Part shown: one piece after another, positions 1 through 10,258 of the stretch
How positions within the stretch are numbered: the first letter of the stretch is position 1
How the letters are laid out: every line of letters starts with the position of its first letter
Assembly: GCA_903933915.1 (NCBI GenBank)
Contig: CAIZLW010000108.1
Location: forward strand, 2,747 to 66,746
Direction: 5' to 3'
DNA: 64,000 nt
From: an uncultured beta proteobacterium
GTDB taxonomy: Bacteria > Pseudomonadota > Gammaproteobacteria > Burkholderiales > SG8-41
Program-made: the position numbers and the translations under genes
The notes under the pieces: model-generated
Database searches by the model: none
What the model saw: only the letters and a program-made list of their open reading frames with translations
What the model was told of the DNA's origin: nothing

Positions 1-402
1 TTTCTTGTGGATGGTCAGCGTGTGTTTGTGGTCGGGATTGAAGGTCGAGGGAAACACGCCGCGCTCGTACAGATCCTCGTCGGGCACCATGCACACCAGA
101 TGGCCGCCGCGCTTGAGGATGCGCACCCAGTTCGCCAACGCGACATCGACCTTGCGCATATGCTCCAGACAGTGCGACGAGTGCACGAAATCGAAGCTCC
201 CGTCGGCGACGGTTTTCATTTTCTGCGCATCGCCGTCCTTCAGGTCCCAGGAACGGCAGGACTTCATCTGCGGGAAAAATTCGTAATACTGGGACAGCGG
301 ATCCGGTCCAGAACCGATATCGATGCCGTCACCGACAAAATAACGCGTCGCATAACGCGAGTCGTGCAGCCGGTGAAAGATGGATTTGCTGGTTTCGTGC
401 AT
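1..402 (-). CDS. class I SAM-dependent methyltransferase (start in window, 3-prime end runs off the window edge)
   Basis: Hand translation of the minus strand from ATG at 402-400 gives MHETSKSIFHRLHDSRYATRYFVGDGIDIGSGPDPL...DGSFDFVHSSHCLEHM...ILKRGGHLVCMVPDE. It has a glycine-rich SAM motif I (DIGSG) and an acidic/hydrophobic post-I pattern. It is not in the ORF track because it is open-ended. Confidence 0.7.
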   Translation of the reverse strand, partial: MHETSKSIFHRLHDSRYATRYFVGDGIDIGSGPDPLSQYYEFFPQMKSCRSWDLKDGDAQKMKTVADGSFDFVHSSHCLEHMRKVDVALANWVRILKRGGHLVCMVPDEDLYERGVFPSTFNPDHKHTLTIHKK

Positions 403-456
403 GGTGTTTACCGTCAGAAAGTGATGTGAGTTTAGCAGGCGCGTGCCGAACGCTCC

Positions 457-2004
457 TTACATCACCAGTTCGACCAGATAGGGGCCGGGCGTCGCCAGTC
501 CGCGTTTGAATTGCACCGCCAATTCATCGAGCGTCGTCGCCCGTCCTGCCGCCACACCGAAACCTTTGGCGAGCGACACCCAATCGAGGTCGGGCCGGTC
601 CAGCGTGAGCATGGCGGTGGCGTTATGCCCCGGCGCCGCCGCACCGACATTGGCCAGTTCACCGATGAGGATCTTGTAGGCGCGGTTGGCGAAGATCACC
701 ACCGTCACATCCAGATTCTCGCGGGCCATGGTCCACAGGGCCTGCTGCGTGTAAAGCGCGCTGCCGTCACCTTCAAAAGCGATGACTTTGCGGTCCGGCG
801 CGGCAATCGCCGCCCCCACTGCCGCCGCCAGCCCCCAGCCGATGGAGCCACCCATGATGTTCAGCCAGTCATGCGGGCGCGCGCCCAGCGTGGCGCCGGT
901 AAAAGCACGGCCGCTGGTCACCGCCTCGTCGATGATGACGGCGTGTTCCGGAATCAGCGCATTAAACAGCGCGCCCAAGCCATCAAGCGTGACCTTGCCC
1001 GTCGGCAGCGCCATGTCGTAAGCCGGCGCATTGACCCGCGGCGGTGTATTGCGCGCACCCAGCGCATCGGCCATCGCTTCCAGCGCGCCCTCAAGTTCCG
1101 CTTCAACCCCGGCGACCTTGGTTACCTGGCAGCCTTCCGGCACCAGCACGCTGGGTTTGCCGGGATAGGCAAAAAACGACACTGGCGATTTGGCGCCAAC
1201 CAGCAACAGTTGCCGCACGTCCTTCAGCATCGCCAGCGCGTTGTCGACGACGAAGGGCAGTTGTTTGACGACGGCACGCCCCGCGCCGCGTTCCATGCGC
1301 GCGTTGTTGTATTCGGAAATCAGTGTGCAGCCGGTTTTCGCGGCGATACGCGCCGCGTAATCCAGTGCCTTGCCGCGCAGCGCCGCGCCACCAAGCAGGA
1401 TCGCTGCGGTCTGACCGGACGTCAGCGCACGCACGCCATCGGCAATCGCAGATTCCGGCACACGCTCGCGCGGTGCCGGTGCATTCACGTTCACCGGACC
1501 TTCTGCTTCACCCCAGGCCGTATCGGCGGGCAGGATCAGCGTTGCGATCTGGCCCGGCGCCTTGCGCGCCGCCTCCACCGCCAGCGCACCGTCGGCAGCG
1601 ACTGCGCTTGATGAACGTGAGGTCTTGACCCAGTCCGACATCGGCCGCGCGACGCCTTCGATATCCGCGGTCAGCGGCGCATCGTGCTGGATGTGATAAC
1701 TCGCGTGCTCGCCAACAATATTGACGATGCCTGAGTGCGCTTTTTTTGCGTTATGCAGATTGGCGAGACCGTTGCCGAGGCCGGGCCCGAGGTGCAGCAG
1801 CGTCGCCGCCGGTTTGCCTGCCATACGGTAATAACCATCGGCTGAGCCGGTGACCACCCCCTCAAACAGACCGAGGATGCAGCGCACGCCTTCAACGCGA
1901 TCCAGCGCCGACACAAAATGCATTTCCGAAGTGCCGGGGTTGGCAAAACAGACATTCACATCGCCATTCAGCAGCGTGCGCACCAGGCTTTCCGCGCCAT
2001 TCAT
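457..2004 (-). CDS. thiamine-pyrophosphate-binding enzyme, acetolactate synthase large-subunit-like
   Basis: 515-aa ORF. The N-terminus MNGAESLVRTLL..GV..CFANPGTSEMHF is the typical TPP_enzyme_N signature, and the C-terminal GDGSALYT..ALWT motif is a TPP-binding GDG motif. Confidence 0.85.
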   Translation of the reverse strand: MNGAESLVRTLLNGDVNVCFANPGTSEMHFVSALDRVEGVRCILGLFEGVVTGSADGYYRMAGKPAATLLHLGPGLGNGLANLHNAKKAHSGIVNIVGEHASYHIQHDAPLTADIEGVARPMSDWVKTSRSSSAVAADGALAVEAARKAPGQIATLILPADTAWGEAEGPVNVNAPAPRERVPESAIADGVRALTSGQTAAILLGGAALRGKALDYAARIAAKTGCTLISEYNNARMERGAGRAVVKQLPFVVDNALAMLKDVRQLLLVGAKSPVSFFAYPGKPSVLVPEGCQVTKVAGVEAELEGALEAMADALGARNTPPRVNAPAYDMALPTGKVTLDGLGALFNALIPEHAVIIDEAVTSGRAFTGATLGARPHDWLNIMGGSIGWGLAAAVGAAIAAPDRKVIAFEGDGSALYTQQALWTMARENLDVTVVIFANRAYKILIGELANVGAAAPGHNATAMLTLDRPDLDWVSLAKGFGVAAGRATTLDELAVQFKRGLATPGPYLVELVM

Positions 2005-2013
2005 AAAAATCCC

Positions 2014-2032
2014 TTTAAAAACAATTACCTAT
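2014..2032 (+). repeat. AT-rich 19-nt motif TTTAAAAACAAWTACYTAT, copy A
   Basis: tttaaaaacaattacctat lies 9 nt from the start codon of the minus-strand TPP-enzyme gene. It is near-identical to copies at 13089, 24350 and 60315. Confidence 0.7.
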
Positions 2033-2229
2033 TATTATCTCTCGGCGAGTTCACCAACGCCGGTCAGTGTCGCGTCTTTTTCGCAGCATGGGCAACGCAG
2101 TGTATCGGTGGCGCCGCAGGCTGACCACTGCGCGCCGCTCAATCGAAGAATCTTCGCTCCACGTTCCGGACGCCTTGACGCTGTCGCCCGTTCGTCATTG
2201 AATCAGGCCTCCTGAAACCGGAGAACAAC

Positions 2230-3063
2230 ATGCTGATCGTCGACTCACAAGTACACATCTGGGGCGCCAATACCCCGGAACGGCCCTGGCCCGGGCGCGC
2301 GCATGCGCAGCGCGAAATCCCGCTCGGCCATGAGCAACTGCTCAAGGACATGGATGGCGCCGGCATTGACCGCGTCATCATCGTGCCGCCATCCTGGGAA
2401 GGCGATCGCAACGACCTCGCCACCGAAGCCGTCAAAAAACACCCCGACCGTTTTGCAATCATGGGGCGCTTCAATCCCGAAGCACCGGATGCGAAGACCA
2501 CGATCAAGACCTGGCTGCAGCAGCCCGGCATGCTCGGCATGCGTTTTTCCTTCCATATTCCCGTGCTGCAGCAGCCGCTGGTCGAAGGCAAGTTCGACTG
2601 GGTGTGGTCCGAAGCCGAAAGGCTCGGCATCAAGCTGATGATCCTGGTGCCGCAGAACTTTGTGCATGTCATCGACGACATCGCCGTACGATACCCCGGC
2701 CTGAAAATCATCATGGACCACATGTCGCTGACCAGCGGCAAACCCGAAGACGAAACCTTCCGCGATTTCGACAAGCTGCTGCCGATCGCCAAACGACTCA
2801 ATGTCGCGGTTAAGGCCAGCGCTCTGCCCAACTACATCGCCGATCCCTATCCCTTCAAGAAAATCCAGGTACACGCCAAACGCGCCTACGAGGCTTTCGG
2901 CCCGAAACGCCTGTTCTGGGGCAGCGACTGGTCGCGTTCCGCCGTGCCCTACCGCCAGCACATCGACATGTGGCTCAAGGATGCGCCGTGGGTCAAGGAA
3001 GAAGACAAGGAATGGATCATCGGCCGCGGCGTTTGCGAGTGGCTGGGCTGGAAAATGCCCTGA
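2230..3063 (+). CDS. amidohydrolase-family metal-dependent hydrolase (amidohydrolase_2 type)
   Basis: 277-aa ORF starting MLIVDSQVHIW (the HxH-like metal motif of TIM-barrel amidohydrolases), with WGSDW near the C-terminus. Confidence 0.75.
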   Translation: MLIVDSQVHIWGANTPERPWPGRAHAQREIPLGHEQLLKDMDGAGIDRVIIVPPSWEGDRNDLATEAVKKHPDRFAIMGRFNPEAPDAKTTIKTWLQQPGMLGMRFSFHIPVLQQPLVEGKFDWVWSEAERLGIKLMILVPQNFVHVIDDIAVRYPGLKIIMDHMSLTSGKPEDETFRDFDKLLPIAKRLNVAVKASALPNYIADPYPFKKIQVHAKRAYEAFGPKRLFWGSDWSRSAVPYRQHIDMWLKDAPWVKEEDKEWIIGRGVCEWLGWKMP

Positions 3064-3073
3064 AGCACCCCAT

Positions 3074-3110
3074 GCTGTGCCGGGCTGCTCCAGCCGGCAC
3101 AGCGTTTTTT
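3074..3110 (+). terminator. rho-independent terminator
   Basis: A 10-bp stem gctgtgccgg/ccggcacagc is followed by a TTTTTT run, 11 nt after the stop of 2230..3063. Confidence 0.7.
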
Positions 3111-3229
3111 GAGGACAACGGATTTGATATCCGTAACTTCAAATCCGTGACCTTTGCAGTCGCTGCGCCAGGATTGAATGGTGAATACACCCCGGAAGTT
3201 ACCGGGGGCTTCACTACCCGCCCTTCCAC

Positions 3230-4294
3230 TTGAAACCTCAAATGATCTCACGCCGTCGCCTGCTGCAATCGTTTTGCGCTTTACCCTCACTCTGCGCATG
3301 GCCTGCCGTCGGCCAAACCCGCGCAGGTCTGGACATCGAACAACTCAAGTCCGGCTACAAACAGCGGCTGAAAAAAATACTGGCCACTGGCACCCTGCCG
3401 TATATCGATATTGAAAGTTCATGCAACCCCGGTCGCGTCGATATCCGCGACATTGCCAAAGATCTGGACCGGCTGAACATCGGCCTGATGGCGCTGTCCT
3501 CTGACCTCGGGCGCAACCAGTTCGACAAACGCATCCGTTACGATGATTTCCCGCAGCGCCTGATGGCCGAATACGCTGACCGCTTCATTCCCGTCGGCAA
3601 CGGTGGCCAGCCGCCTTTCCTGACCGAGGCCGCAGATGAATTTCTGGAAGCCCAGGAAGCCGCAGCACGACAGAAAGCCATCCTGATGTTCGGCGAATAC
3701 GAACTGCGCCACTACCCCTCGCCCCGGCAAGTCAAACGCGGCGATACCGACCGGGATGTCGAAGTCATCATCGATGGCCCCACCGGTCAACGTCTGTTCA
3801 GCATGAGCGAAAAAACCGGGTTGGCGTTCCAGATTCACTACGAGATTGAAGACCGCTTCCTGCCGCCTCTGGAAAAAATGCTGGCGCAATATCCGAAGGC
3901 ACGAGTGATCTGGTGTCATGTCGCACAGGTCCGCTTCAGCGAGCGGGCGTCACAATACAGCGCAGCTTATGTCGACGGACTGATCCGCCGCTTCCCGAAT
4001 CTTTATTTCGATACCGCCTTCGGCGACGCCAGCTCGATATATCCAGTCAGCGGCCAGCGGCACTCCCGGATATGGTCCGATAACGGGGATATCAAACCGG
4101 AGTGGCGGGACCTCATCGCCGCCCATCCCGGACGCTTCCTTTCAGCGCTTGATCTGGGCCAGGACCGCCTGCACCGCATCGCCGAATACGACCAGAAACA
4201 CCGGCACTTCCTGTCACTGTTGCCGGAAAGTATCCGCCACGAGGTCGGTTATCGCAATGCGTGGAAATTGCTGTTCAACGAAGAGTTCGCCTGA
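3230..4294 (+). CDS. exported amidohydrolase-family protein with Tat-type signal peptide
   Basis: The N-terminus MISRRRLLQSF...AWPAVGQ is a twin-arginine signal. The rest resembles amidohydrolase_2 proteins (HYEIED, WCHV, DTAFGD). Confidence 0.6.
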   Translation: MKPQMISRRRLLQSFCALPSLCAWPAVGQTRAGLDIEQLKSGYKQRLKKILATGTLPYIDIESSCNPGRVDIRDIAKDLDRLNIGLMALSSDLGRNQFDKRIRYDDFPQRLMAEYADRFIPVGNGGQPPFLTEAADEFLEAQEAAARQKAILMFGEYELRHYPSPRQVKRGDTDRDVEVIIDGPTGQRLFSMSEKTGLAFQIHYEIEDRFLPPLEKMLAQYPKARVIWCHVAQVRFSERASQYSAAYVDGLIRRFPNLYFDTAFGDASSIYPVSGQRHSRIWSDNGDIKPEWRDLIAAHPGRFLSALDLGQDRLHRIAEYDQKHRHFLSLLPESIRHEVGYRNAWKLLFNEEFA

Positions 4295-4307
4295 ACAGCC
4301 ACATACC

Positions 4308-4979
4308 TTAGGCTTTATTCTTCTGATCCGCTTTTAATGCCGGAACATCAGGGCCTGACGGCGGCGTCAGCCCCATCGATACATAAATCTCCGTCAGCTT
4401 GTCGATGCCCATGTTCGCCGGCTTGACCCACTCCACCGGCACATACAGCAACCCGCCGCCGATCGGCACCGGCGCGGTCGGCACCAGTACTGCAAAATAC
4501 TGACGCCCCTCAATCTCGACCGGATCATGGCTGGGCGCCAAACCCAGCACGGCCACCCCCTCACCGCCGAAGAAACACCACACCGCACTCATCGCACCAA
4601 TGTCACCCTGCTTCTGCTCCAGCAGTCCGACAAAGCGGTGGGTGAAGTCATACAAGCTTCCGATCAGCGGAATGCGCCGCAAGGTGACATTGAGAAACTG
4701 CGACAGCGGCCGGCGCAGGCCCAGCCGCAGCGCCAGACCCAGCGGGTAGATGGCAACCACCAGCACCAGCGTGCCCAGCAGGTACGGCATCGGCGAATTT
4801 CCAGCCACTGAATAACCCAGCGCCTGGAACAGATAGCCGAGTTCGCTACCAGGCCCGGCGTATTGATTGAGCAGACCGATCAGCCAGCCGAGCACGGCAA
4901 AGGTCAGCGCCAGCGGCAGGAACACCACCAGGCCGGCGAGCCAGGTGGCGACGATTGTTTCGAGGCTGCGCTTGAACAT
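4308..4979 (-). CDS. DUF502-family membrane protein
   Basis: It has two N-terminal TM helices and the conserved C-terminal VLVPTAPVPIGGGLLYVP motif. The longest ORF extends to 5060, but the ATG at 4979 (MFKRSLE) has a GGAG upstream and leaves room for the divergent promoter. Confidence 0.65.
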   Translation of the reverse strand: MFKRSLETIVATWLAGLVVFLPLALTFAVLGWLIGLLNQYAGPGSELGYLFQALGYSVAGNSPMPYLLGTLVLVVAIYPLGLALRLGLRRPLSQFLNVTLRRIPLIGSLYDFTHRFVGLLEQKQGDIGAMSAVWCFFGGEGVAVLGLAPSHDPVEIEGRQYFAVLVPTAPVPIGGGLLYVPVEWVKPANMGIDKLTEIYVSMGLTPPSGPDVPALKADQKNKA

Positions 4980-5095
4980 GTTCTGGTACTCCGGTGGCAA
5001 CAGGGGTCCATTCATACCAGATGGCGCGATTGCGTCAAGACCGGACGCACGCCTGCTCAAGGCACAAAGCGCGGCTTCCTGTTAACTTGAGCGTC

Positions 5096-5713
5096 ATGTC
5101 CGCACCAACACTGTCACTACTCGCCACATCCGTGCTTACCTACTGGTTCGGCACACAGGCCGGCGACGCGGCCACGGCACAGGCACAACGCAAACTGTGG
5201 TGGAGCAAAGATGCCACAGTGGATGCGGATATCCGCATCCGTTTCGGCGCACTGATGCAGGCTGCCGCAGACGGCGCTCACGACGACTGGGTGATCACAC
5301 CGCGCGGGCGGCTGGCGCTGATCCTTCTGTTCGACCAGTTCCCGCGCAACATCCACCGCGACACGCCGCATGCGTTTGCCTGTGACCCCCGCGCGCTGCA
5401 ACTGGCGCTGGACGGCATCGCTGCCGGCATGGATCGTCAGCTAAGACCGGTCGAGCGTGTATTTGGCTATCTCCCGCTGGAACACGCCGAGTCAACGATC
5501 ATGCAGGAACGCAGCGTCGAACTGTTCACCGCGCTCGCGGCGGATGCACCGGACAACGAACGCGACACCTTCAAGGGTTTTGTCGATTACGCCGTACGTC
5601 ACCGCGAGGTGATCGCACGTTTCGGCCGTTTTCCGCATCGCAACCGCATCCTCGGCCGTATTTCGACCGTGGAAGAGATCGAATTCCTGAAACAACCGGG
5701 TTCGTCGTTCTGA
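5096..5713 (+). CDS. DUF924-family protein
   Basis: It contains the WFG...LWW...D.....RF pattern and LALILLFDQFPRNIHR, the DUF924 hallmark. I chose the ATG at 5096 because the longer ORF from 4994 overlaps the divergent gene. Confidence 0.7.
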   Translation: MSAPTLSLLATSVLTYWFGTQAGDAATAQAQRKLWWSKDATVDADIRIRFGALMQAAADGAHDDWVITPRGRLALILLFDQFPRNIHRDTPHAFACDPRALQLALDGIAAGMDRQLRPVERVFGYLPLEHAESTIMQERSVELFTALAADAPDNERDTFKGFVDYAVRHREVIARFGRFPHRNRILGRISTVEEIEFLKQPGSSF

Positions 5714-5719
5714 AACGCG

Positions 5720-6610
5720 TTACGGCAATACTTCAACCTTCACCTGCACGCCACGCTGATCACTGGATCGGATGCTGCGGCTATTGAGTATGCCGCTGCG
5801 GTCATCGCTGCGTTCTTCGCTGATGCCGCCGAGGCTGATCCATTCACCGAGACGGCCCGACACCGTGGTCGCCACCCGCTGCACATTGACCGCGCCGCGA
5901 CGCTGCTCGTCGAAGGCTTCGCGCTGCGGATCGATGTCGAGCGTGACACGGTCGCCCTGCAATCGCGGCCGCACGTTGAAGCCGGTGGTGGCGTCGCGGT
6001 AATCCGTGGTTTCAACGATACGATCAACCATCTGGCCGTTGACCATGGTACGCACCACCTGGCGGTTGCGCACCGGCCGCGATTCGCCGGCGCGGATGAA
6101 CGCGCTGTAGCCTTCCAGCACCTGCACCGTCTGCGCGGTGCGTTCGCTGCCGGCCTGACTGGAGTCCACCACCCGCGCGCGCAGCCGGTCATCGCCGTCG
6201 CGCAGCACCACATTGCCGCCCTCGCGCGAACCGCTGCCCGGCACCGTGACCCGGGCCTGATCGTTGCCGATGCTGCCGGAAACCTCGGCCTCGCGCCGGG
6301 TGCCGGTGACATCAGCATCCTGACGCACGGTGATCAGCAGCCGCCGCGGCGGTGTATCCAGGCTGGCCAGCACGTTTTTGACCTGCGCCAATTCGGCGGG
6401 GGTGGCGCGGATCACCAGCTGGTTCTGGAAATTGCTGATGCTGGCGTCTCGTCCCAGCAAGGGTTGAAGCACCGGAATCACCTGATCCGCTTGCCGGTAT
6501 TTGAGCGGAATGACTTCAACGGTAGTCTGCGCCAGCGCTGCGCCGGCCAGCACGATGCCCAGCAGCGCGGCCGCGAGTGCCTGCCGAAATGTTCTGTAGT
6601 GGATGTCCAT
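5720..6610 (-). CDS. secretin N-domain (NolW-like) exported protein, short orphan form
   Basis: A signal peptide is followed by VIPLKYRQADQVIPVLQPLL....QLVIRATPAELAQVKNVLASLD, the typical secretin N-terminal beta-alpha-beta-beta-alpha module. There is no C-terminal secretin pore domain. Confidence 0.6.
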   Translation of the reverse strand: MDIHYRTFRQALAAALLGIVLAGAALAQTTVEVIPLKYRQADQVIPVLQPLLGRDASISNFQNQLVIRATPAELAQVKNVLASLDTPPRRLLITVRQDADVTGTRREAEVSGSIGNDQARVTVPGSGSREGGNVVLRDGDDRLRARVVDSSQAGSERTAQTVQVLEGYSAFIRAGESRPVRNRQVVRTMVNGQMVDRIVETTDYRDATTGFNVRPRLQGDRVTLDIDPQREAFDEQRRGAVNVQRVATTVSGRLGEWISLGGISEERSDDRSGILNSRSIRSSDQRGVQVKVEVLP

Positions 6611-6716
6611 GGGCGAATAACGGCGCTGTGTCCGGAACAGTGTACGCCGCACAGCCGCGCTCGGCCGTTAAAAATTTCTCCTTTACAATCATGTGCTTGT
6701 TGATTACATTGCGCGC

Positions 6717-7208
6717 ATGCGACGCCCTTGGATCCCGATCATCCTGCTGGCCCTGCTGCCCTTGTCCGCCATGGCGAACGACAGCAGCGAAGCCACCGCA
6801 CCGCCCGTAACCGCGGACAGCGGCATGCTCGGCCAGGCTCAGGAAGTGGTGTTGCGCGCATTGAGCTTCATCGGTGTGCGCTACAAATGGGGCGGCGCCT
6901 CCCCGGATACCGGTTTCGACTGCAGCGGCCTGATCCGCTACGTCTACAGCCAGGTCACCGGCAAATCGCTACCCGGCAATGCCAAGGAAATCAGCCAGGT
7001 TGGCGAAAGCATCGAACGCTCGGAGCTGCAGCCCGGCGATCTGGTGTTCTTCAACACCCTGCGCCGGCCGTTTTCCCATGTCGGCATCTACCTCGGCGAA
7101 TCGCGCTTCGTGCATGCACCCAGCCGCGGCGGCAAAGTCGAGATCGTCGACATGAGCGAGCGCTACTGGAAGACGCGTTACAACGGCGCCCGCCGTCTAG
7201 CCATCTAG
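6717..7208 (+). CDS. NlpC/P60 (C40) family peptidoglycan peptidase
   Basis: It has a signal peptide, GVRYKWGG...GFDCSGLIRYVY (catalytic Cys) and HVGIYLG..RFVHAP (catalytic His). Confidence 0.85.
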   Translation: MRRPWIPIILLALLPLSAMANDSSEATAPPVTADSGMLGQAQEVVLRALSFIGVRYKWGGASPDTGFDCSGLIRYVYSQVTGKSLPGNAKEISQVGESIERSELQPGDLVFFNTLRRPFSHVGIYLGESRFVHAPSRGGKVEIVDMSERYWKTRYNGARRLAI

Positions 7209-7323
7209 CCAGCCGCACCACCCCGGCATTGCCCGGAAATCCCGTCTTCACTTGCTCCTGATCAACTCACCAGCTCTGTGCCGGCGATAGCCTTGGCCTT
7301 ACGCCTAAGGCTTTATTAACAAC

Positions 7324-7356
7324 GATTCTCATTTGAATTGCAATTGAGAACTGTTA
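7324..7356. promoter_or_regulatory. possible Fur-type operator upstream of the iron binding-protein gene
   Basis: gattctcatttgaattgcaattgagaactgtta is AT-rich with an inverted TTCTCA...TGAGAA and NATWAT-like hexamers. The match to the 19-bp Fur consensus is only partial. Confidence 0.3.
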
Positions 7357-7431
7357 TTGTTAGTATTTATCCAAGCCGTTCGACGGCCTCAGCGAATATC
7401 TAAATAAATTACTGTTTATTTTAGGATTTTT

Positions 7432-8454
7432 ATGCGTTTCGCCGGAATCATCAGTTGCGCTGTGCTCAGCGCACTCAGCCTCCCCGCGCTGGCCCAGGAA
7501 AACCTGCTGAACCTCTACTCGTCGCGCCATTACCAGACCGACGAGGCGCTCTACGCCAATTTCACCAAGACCACCGGCATCAAGCTGAACCGCATCGAAG
7601 CCGGCGAAGATCCGCTGATCGAACGCCTGAAAAATGAAGGCACCTCCAGCCCCGCCGACGTATTGGTCACCGTGGATGCCGGGAGGCTGTGGCGCGCCGA
7701 ACAGATGGGCCTGTTCCAGTCCATCGATTCGAAAGTGCTCACGGCACGCCTGCCCGACCACATGCGCACCCCCAACAACCAGTGGTTCGGCTTTTCGGCG
7801 CGGGCGCGCGTAATCATTTACAACAGAACTGCGCTCAAGGCCGCCGATGTGCAGAACTACGAAGACCTCGCCGATCCTAAACTCAAAGGCAAGGTCTGCA
7901 CCCGTTCAGGCAGCCATGTCTACAACCTGTCACTGATGAGCGCACTGATCGAACACTGGGGCGAAGCCAAGGCCGAGCAATGGGCCAGGGCTGTGGTGGC
8001 GAATTTCGCGCGCTCACCCAAAGGCGGCGACACCGACCAGATCCTCGCAGTGGCTGCCGGCGAATGCGGCGTGGCGATCAGCAACAGCTATTACTACGTG
8101 CGCCTGCTCGCCTCGGAAAAACCCGAAGACCGCAAAGCCCTCGCCAACATCGGCGTGGTCTGGCCCAACCAGAAAAGTTTCGGCACGCACATGAATGTCT
8201 CGGGTGCGGGCGTCGTCAAATACGCAAAAAACCGCGAAGCTGCAGTGAAATATCTCGAATACCTCTCCAGCGACCAGGCGCAGGGCTACTTCGCCGAGGG
8301 CAACAACGAATGGCCGGTGGTCAAAGGCGCGCCGCTGAACAACAAGGCACTGGCTTCGCTGGGCAGCTTCAAGATGGATACGCTGAATATCAGCGCGCTG
8401 GGGAAGAACCAGCCGCTGGCGCAGAAGATTTTCGACCGCGTCGGTTACAAATAA
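7432..8454 (+). CDS. fbpA: Fe(3+) ABC transporter periplasmic substrate-binding protein
   Basis: 340 aa with a signal peptide, then NLYSSRHYQTDEALY...RIEAG, typical of the FbpA/AfuA ferric-binding family. Confidence 0.8.
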   Translation: MRFAGIISCAVLSALSLPALAQENLLNLYSSRHYQTDEALYANFTKTTGIKLNRIEAGEDPLIERLKNEGTSSPADVLVTVDAGRLWRAEQMGLFQSIDSKVLTARLPDHMRTPNNQWFGFSARARVIIYNRTALKAADVQNYEDLADPKLKGKVCTRSGSHVYNLSLMSALIEHWGEAKAEQWARAVVANFARSPKGGDTDQILAVAAGECGVAISNSYYYVRLLASEKPEDRKALANIGVVWPNQKSFGTHMNVSGAGVVKYAKNREAAVKYLEYLSSDQAQGYFAEGNNEWPVVKGAPLNNKALASLGSFKMDTLNISALGKNQPLAQKIFDRVGYK

Positions 8455-8457
8455 GCG

Positions 8458-10152
8458 TCAATCTCGCTGCGACCCGCTGGCCGGCCGCAGGATCATCCGC
8501 GACAGTATGATCAACGGCAGCAGTCCCACCACGACAATGGTCAGCGCTGCCGTTGATGCTTCTGCAAGACGCTCGTCAGAGGCCAGGTTGTAAGCCTGCA
8601 CCGCGAGCGTGTCGAAATTGAAGGGGCGCATCACAAAAGTCGCCGGCAGCTCCTTCATCACATCCACAAACACCAGCAGCCCTGCCGACAGCGCGCTGCG
8701 CCACAGCAACGGTGCATGGACATGAATCAGCGTTGCGCCCGGTCCGTAACCGAGTGATCGCGCCGCATCATCCATCGATGGCGTGATCTTAGCCAGTCCG
8801 GCGTCCACTGCCTGCAGCGACACCGCAAAAAAACGCACCAGATAGGCATAGACCAGCGCGGCGATGCCGCCGGTGAGTATCAGCCCCGGCGCCACGCCGG
8901 TTGCCGCTTCGATCCAACCCGCCAGCACATGGTCGAAACGCGTCACCGGAATCAGCACACCCACCGCAATCACTGCGCCGGGCACTGCATAGCCGAGGCC
9001 GGCAATGCGATTGGACCAGCGCACCAGCGGTGTCTTTGAGGTGCGGCCGGCATAACCGACGACCAGCGCCAGCAACACCGCAAGCATTGCGGTCAACGCG
9101 GCCAGCGTCACCGTATTCCGTGTCAGCGTGACGTAGCGCGTGCCAAACTGGGCATCCCCCGAAGTCAGCGCCATATAAAGCATGATGCCGGCCGGCAACA
9201 GAAAACCGAACACCAGCGGCATCACGCAGAACGAGACCGCTGCGCCGGCGCGCCAGCCGCGCAACCGGTAGACATTGCGCAGCCGCTTGCGATGGGAGGC
9301 GCTGTGAAAGCTGGCGCCGCGCCGGCTCAGCTTTTCAATCAGCAACACGAGAAACACGAAGCTCAGCAGGATTGCCGACAACTGCGCGGCAGCCATGTGG
9401 TCGCCCAGCGAAAACCAGGCGCGGAAAATGCCCGTGGTGAAGGTCTGCACGCCGAAATAGGCGACCGTGCCGTAATCGGCCAGCGTCTCCATCAATGCCA
9501 GCGCGGTGCCTGCGACGATACCCGGACGCGCCAGCGGCAGCGCCACCTTGCGGAAGGTGCCCCACGGCCCGTAGCCGGAAACGCGCGCCACTTCGAGCAT
9601 GCTGTCGGACTGCTCGAGAAAAGCCGCGCGCGCCAGCAGGTAGACATAGGGATAAAGCACCAGCGACAGCATGATGATGGCGCCGCCCAGCGAGCGCACA
9701 TCAGGAAACCAGTAATCCTGCGCGCCCCACCCGGTCAATTCGCGCAACAGGCTCTGCACCGGACCGGCGAACTGCAGCAGATCGGTGTAGGCATACGCCA
9801 TCACGTACGCCGGCACCGCCATCGGCAACAGCAATGCCCATTCGAACAGGCGATGTCCGGGAAAGCGGCACATCGTGGTAATCCATGCGGTCGTCACACC
9901 GCCCACCATGACGCCCAGCGCAACGCCGCACATCAGCAGCAGCGAATTGCTGATGTAATCCGGCAGCACGGTTGAAGCCAGGTGATGCCAGGTATCGGTT
10001 GCCGGCGCCGTCAGATTGAACAGCACCACCAGCACCGGTAGCGCGAGCAGCGCCGCCAACCCCACCGCAAAGAGGGTCAACAAGCGCGGCCGTTGCCGGG
10101 GTGTTACCAGGGCAGTGTCTTGCAGCGTGGGCGGTAAGGTAGCGGTGGTCAC
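8458..10152 (-). CDS. fbpB: iron(III) ABC transporter permease (duplicated 2x6 TM FbpB type)
   Basis: A 564-aa polytopic membrane protein with two ABC permease EAA-like loops (EVARVSGYGPW... and DDAARSLGYGPG). It uses a GTG start. Confidence 0.8.
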   Translation of the reverse strand: MTTATLPPTLQDTALVTPRQRPRLLTLFAVGLAALLALPVLVVLFNLTAPATDTWHHLASTVLPDYISNSLLLMCGVALGVMVGGVTTAWITTMCRFPGHRLFEWALLLPMAVPAYVMAYAYTDLLQFAGPVQSLLRELTGWGAQDYWFPDVRSLGGAIIMLSLVLYPYVYLLARAAFLEQSDSMLEVARVSGYGPWGTFRKVALPLARPGIVAGTALALMETLADYGTVAYFGVQTFTTGIFRAWFSLGDHMAAAQLSAILLSFVFLVLLIEKLSRRGASFHSASHRKRLRNVYRLRGWRAGAAVSFCVMPLVFGFLLPAGIMLYMALTSGDAQFGTRYVTLTRNTVTLAALTAMLAVLLALVVGYAGRTSKTPLVRWSNRIAGLGYAVPGAVIAVGVLIPVTRFDHVLAGWIEAATGVAPGLILTGGIAALVYAYLVRFFAVSLQAVDAGLAKITPSMDDAARSLGYGPGATLIHVHAPLLWRSALSAGLLVFVDVMKELPATFVMRPFNFDTLAVQAYNLASDERLAEASTAALTIVVVGLLPLIILSRMILRPASGSQRD

Positions 10153-10214
10153 TCGATGCCGGCACCTGCAGTGCCGCAGTAGACGTAAGTTACGGAAAAA
10201 CCAAGAGAAATCAT

Positions 10215-10233
10215 TCTAACAAGAATCATTATC
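10215..10233. promoter_or_regulatory. Fur box in the divergent fbpB/fbpC intergenic region
   Basis: tctaacaagaatcattatc matches 14 of 19 positions of GATAATGATAATCATTATC by my hand alignment, with the 3-prime 13 nt matching 11/13. It sits between two iron-transport genes. Confidence 0.5.
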
Positions 10234-10258
10234 AGCAGCAAAACGGTATAATTTCGGC

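Noticed and set aside
8440-10200. A recent site-specific inversion of the fbpB permease gene.
   Set aside because: I could find no inverted repeats or recombinase genes at either boundary. The orientation is reported as an observation only.
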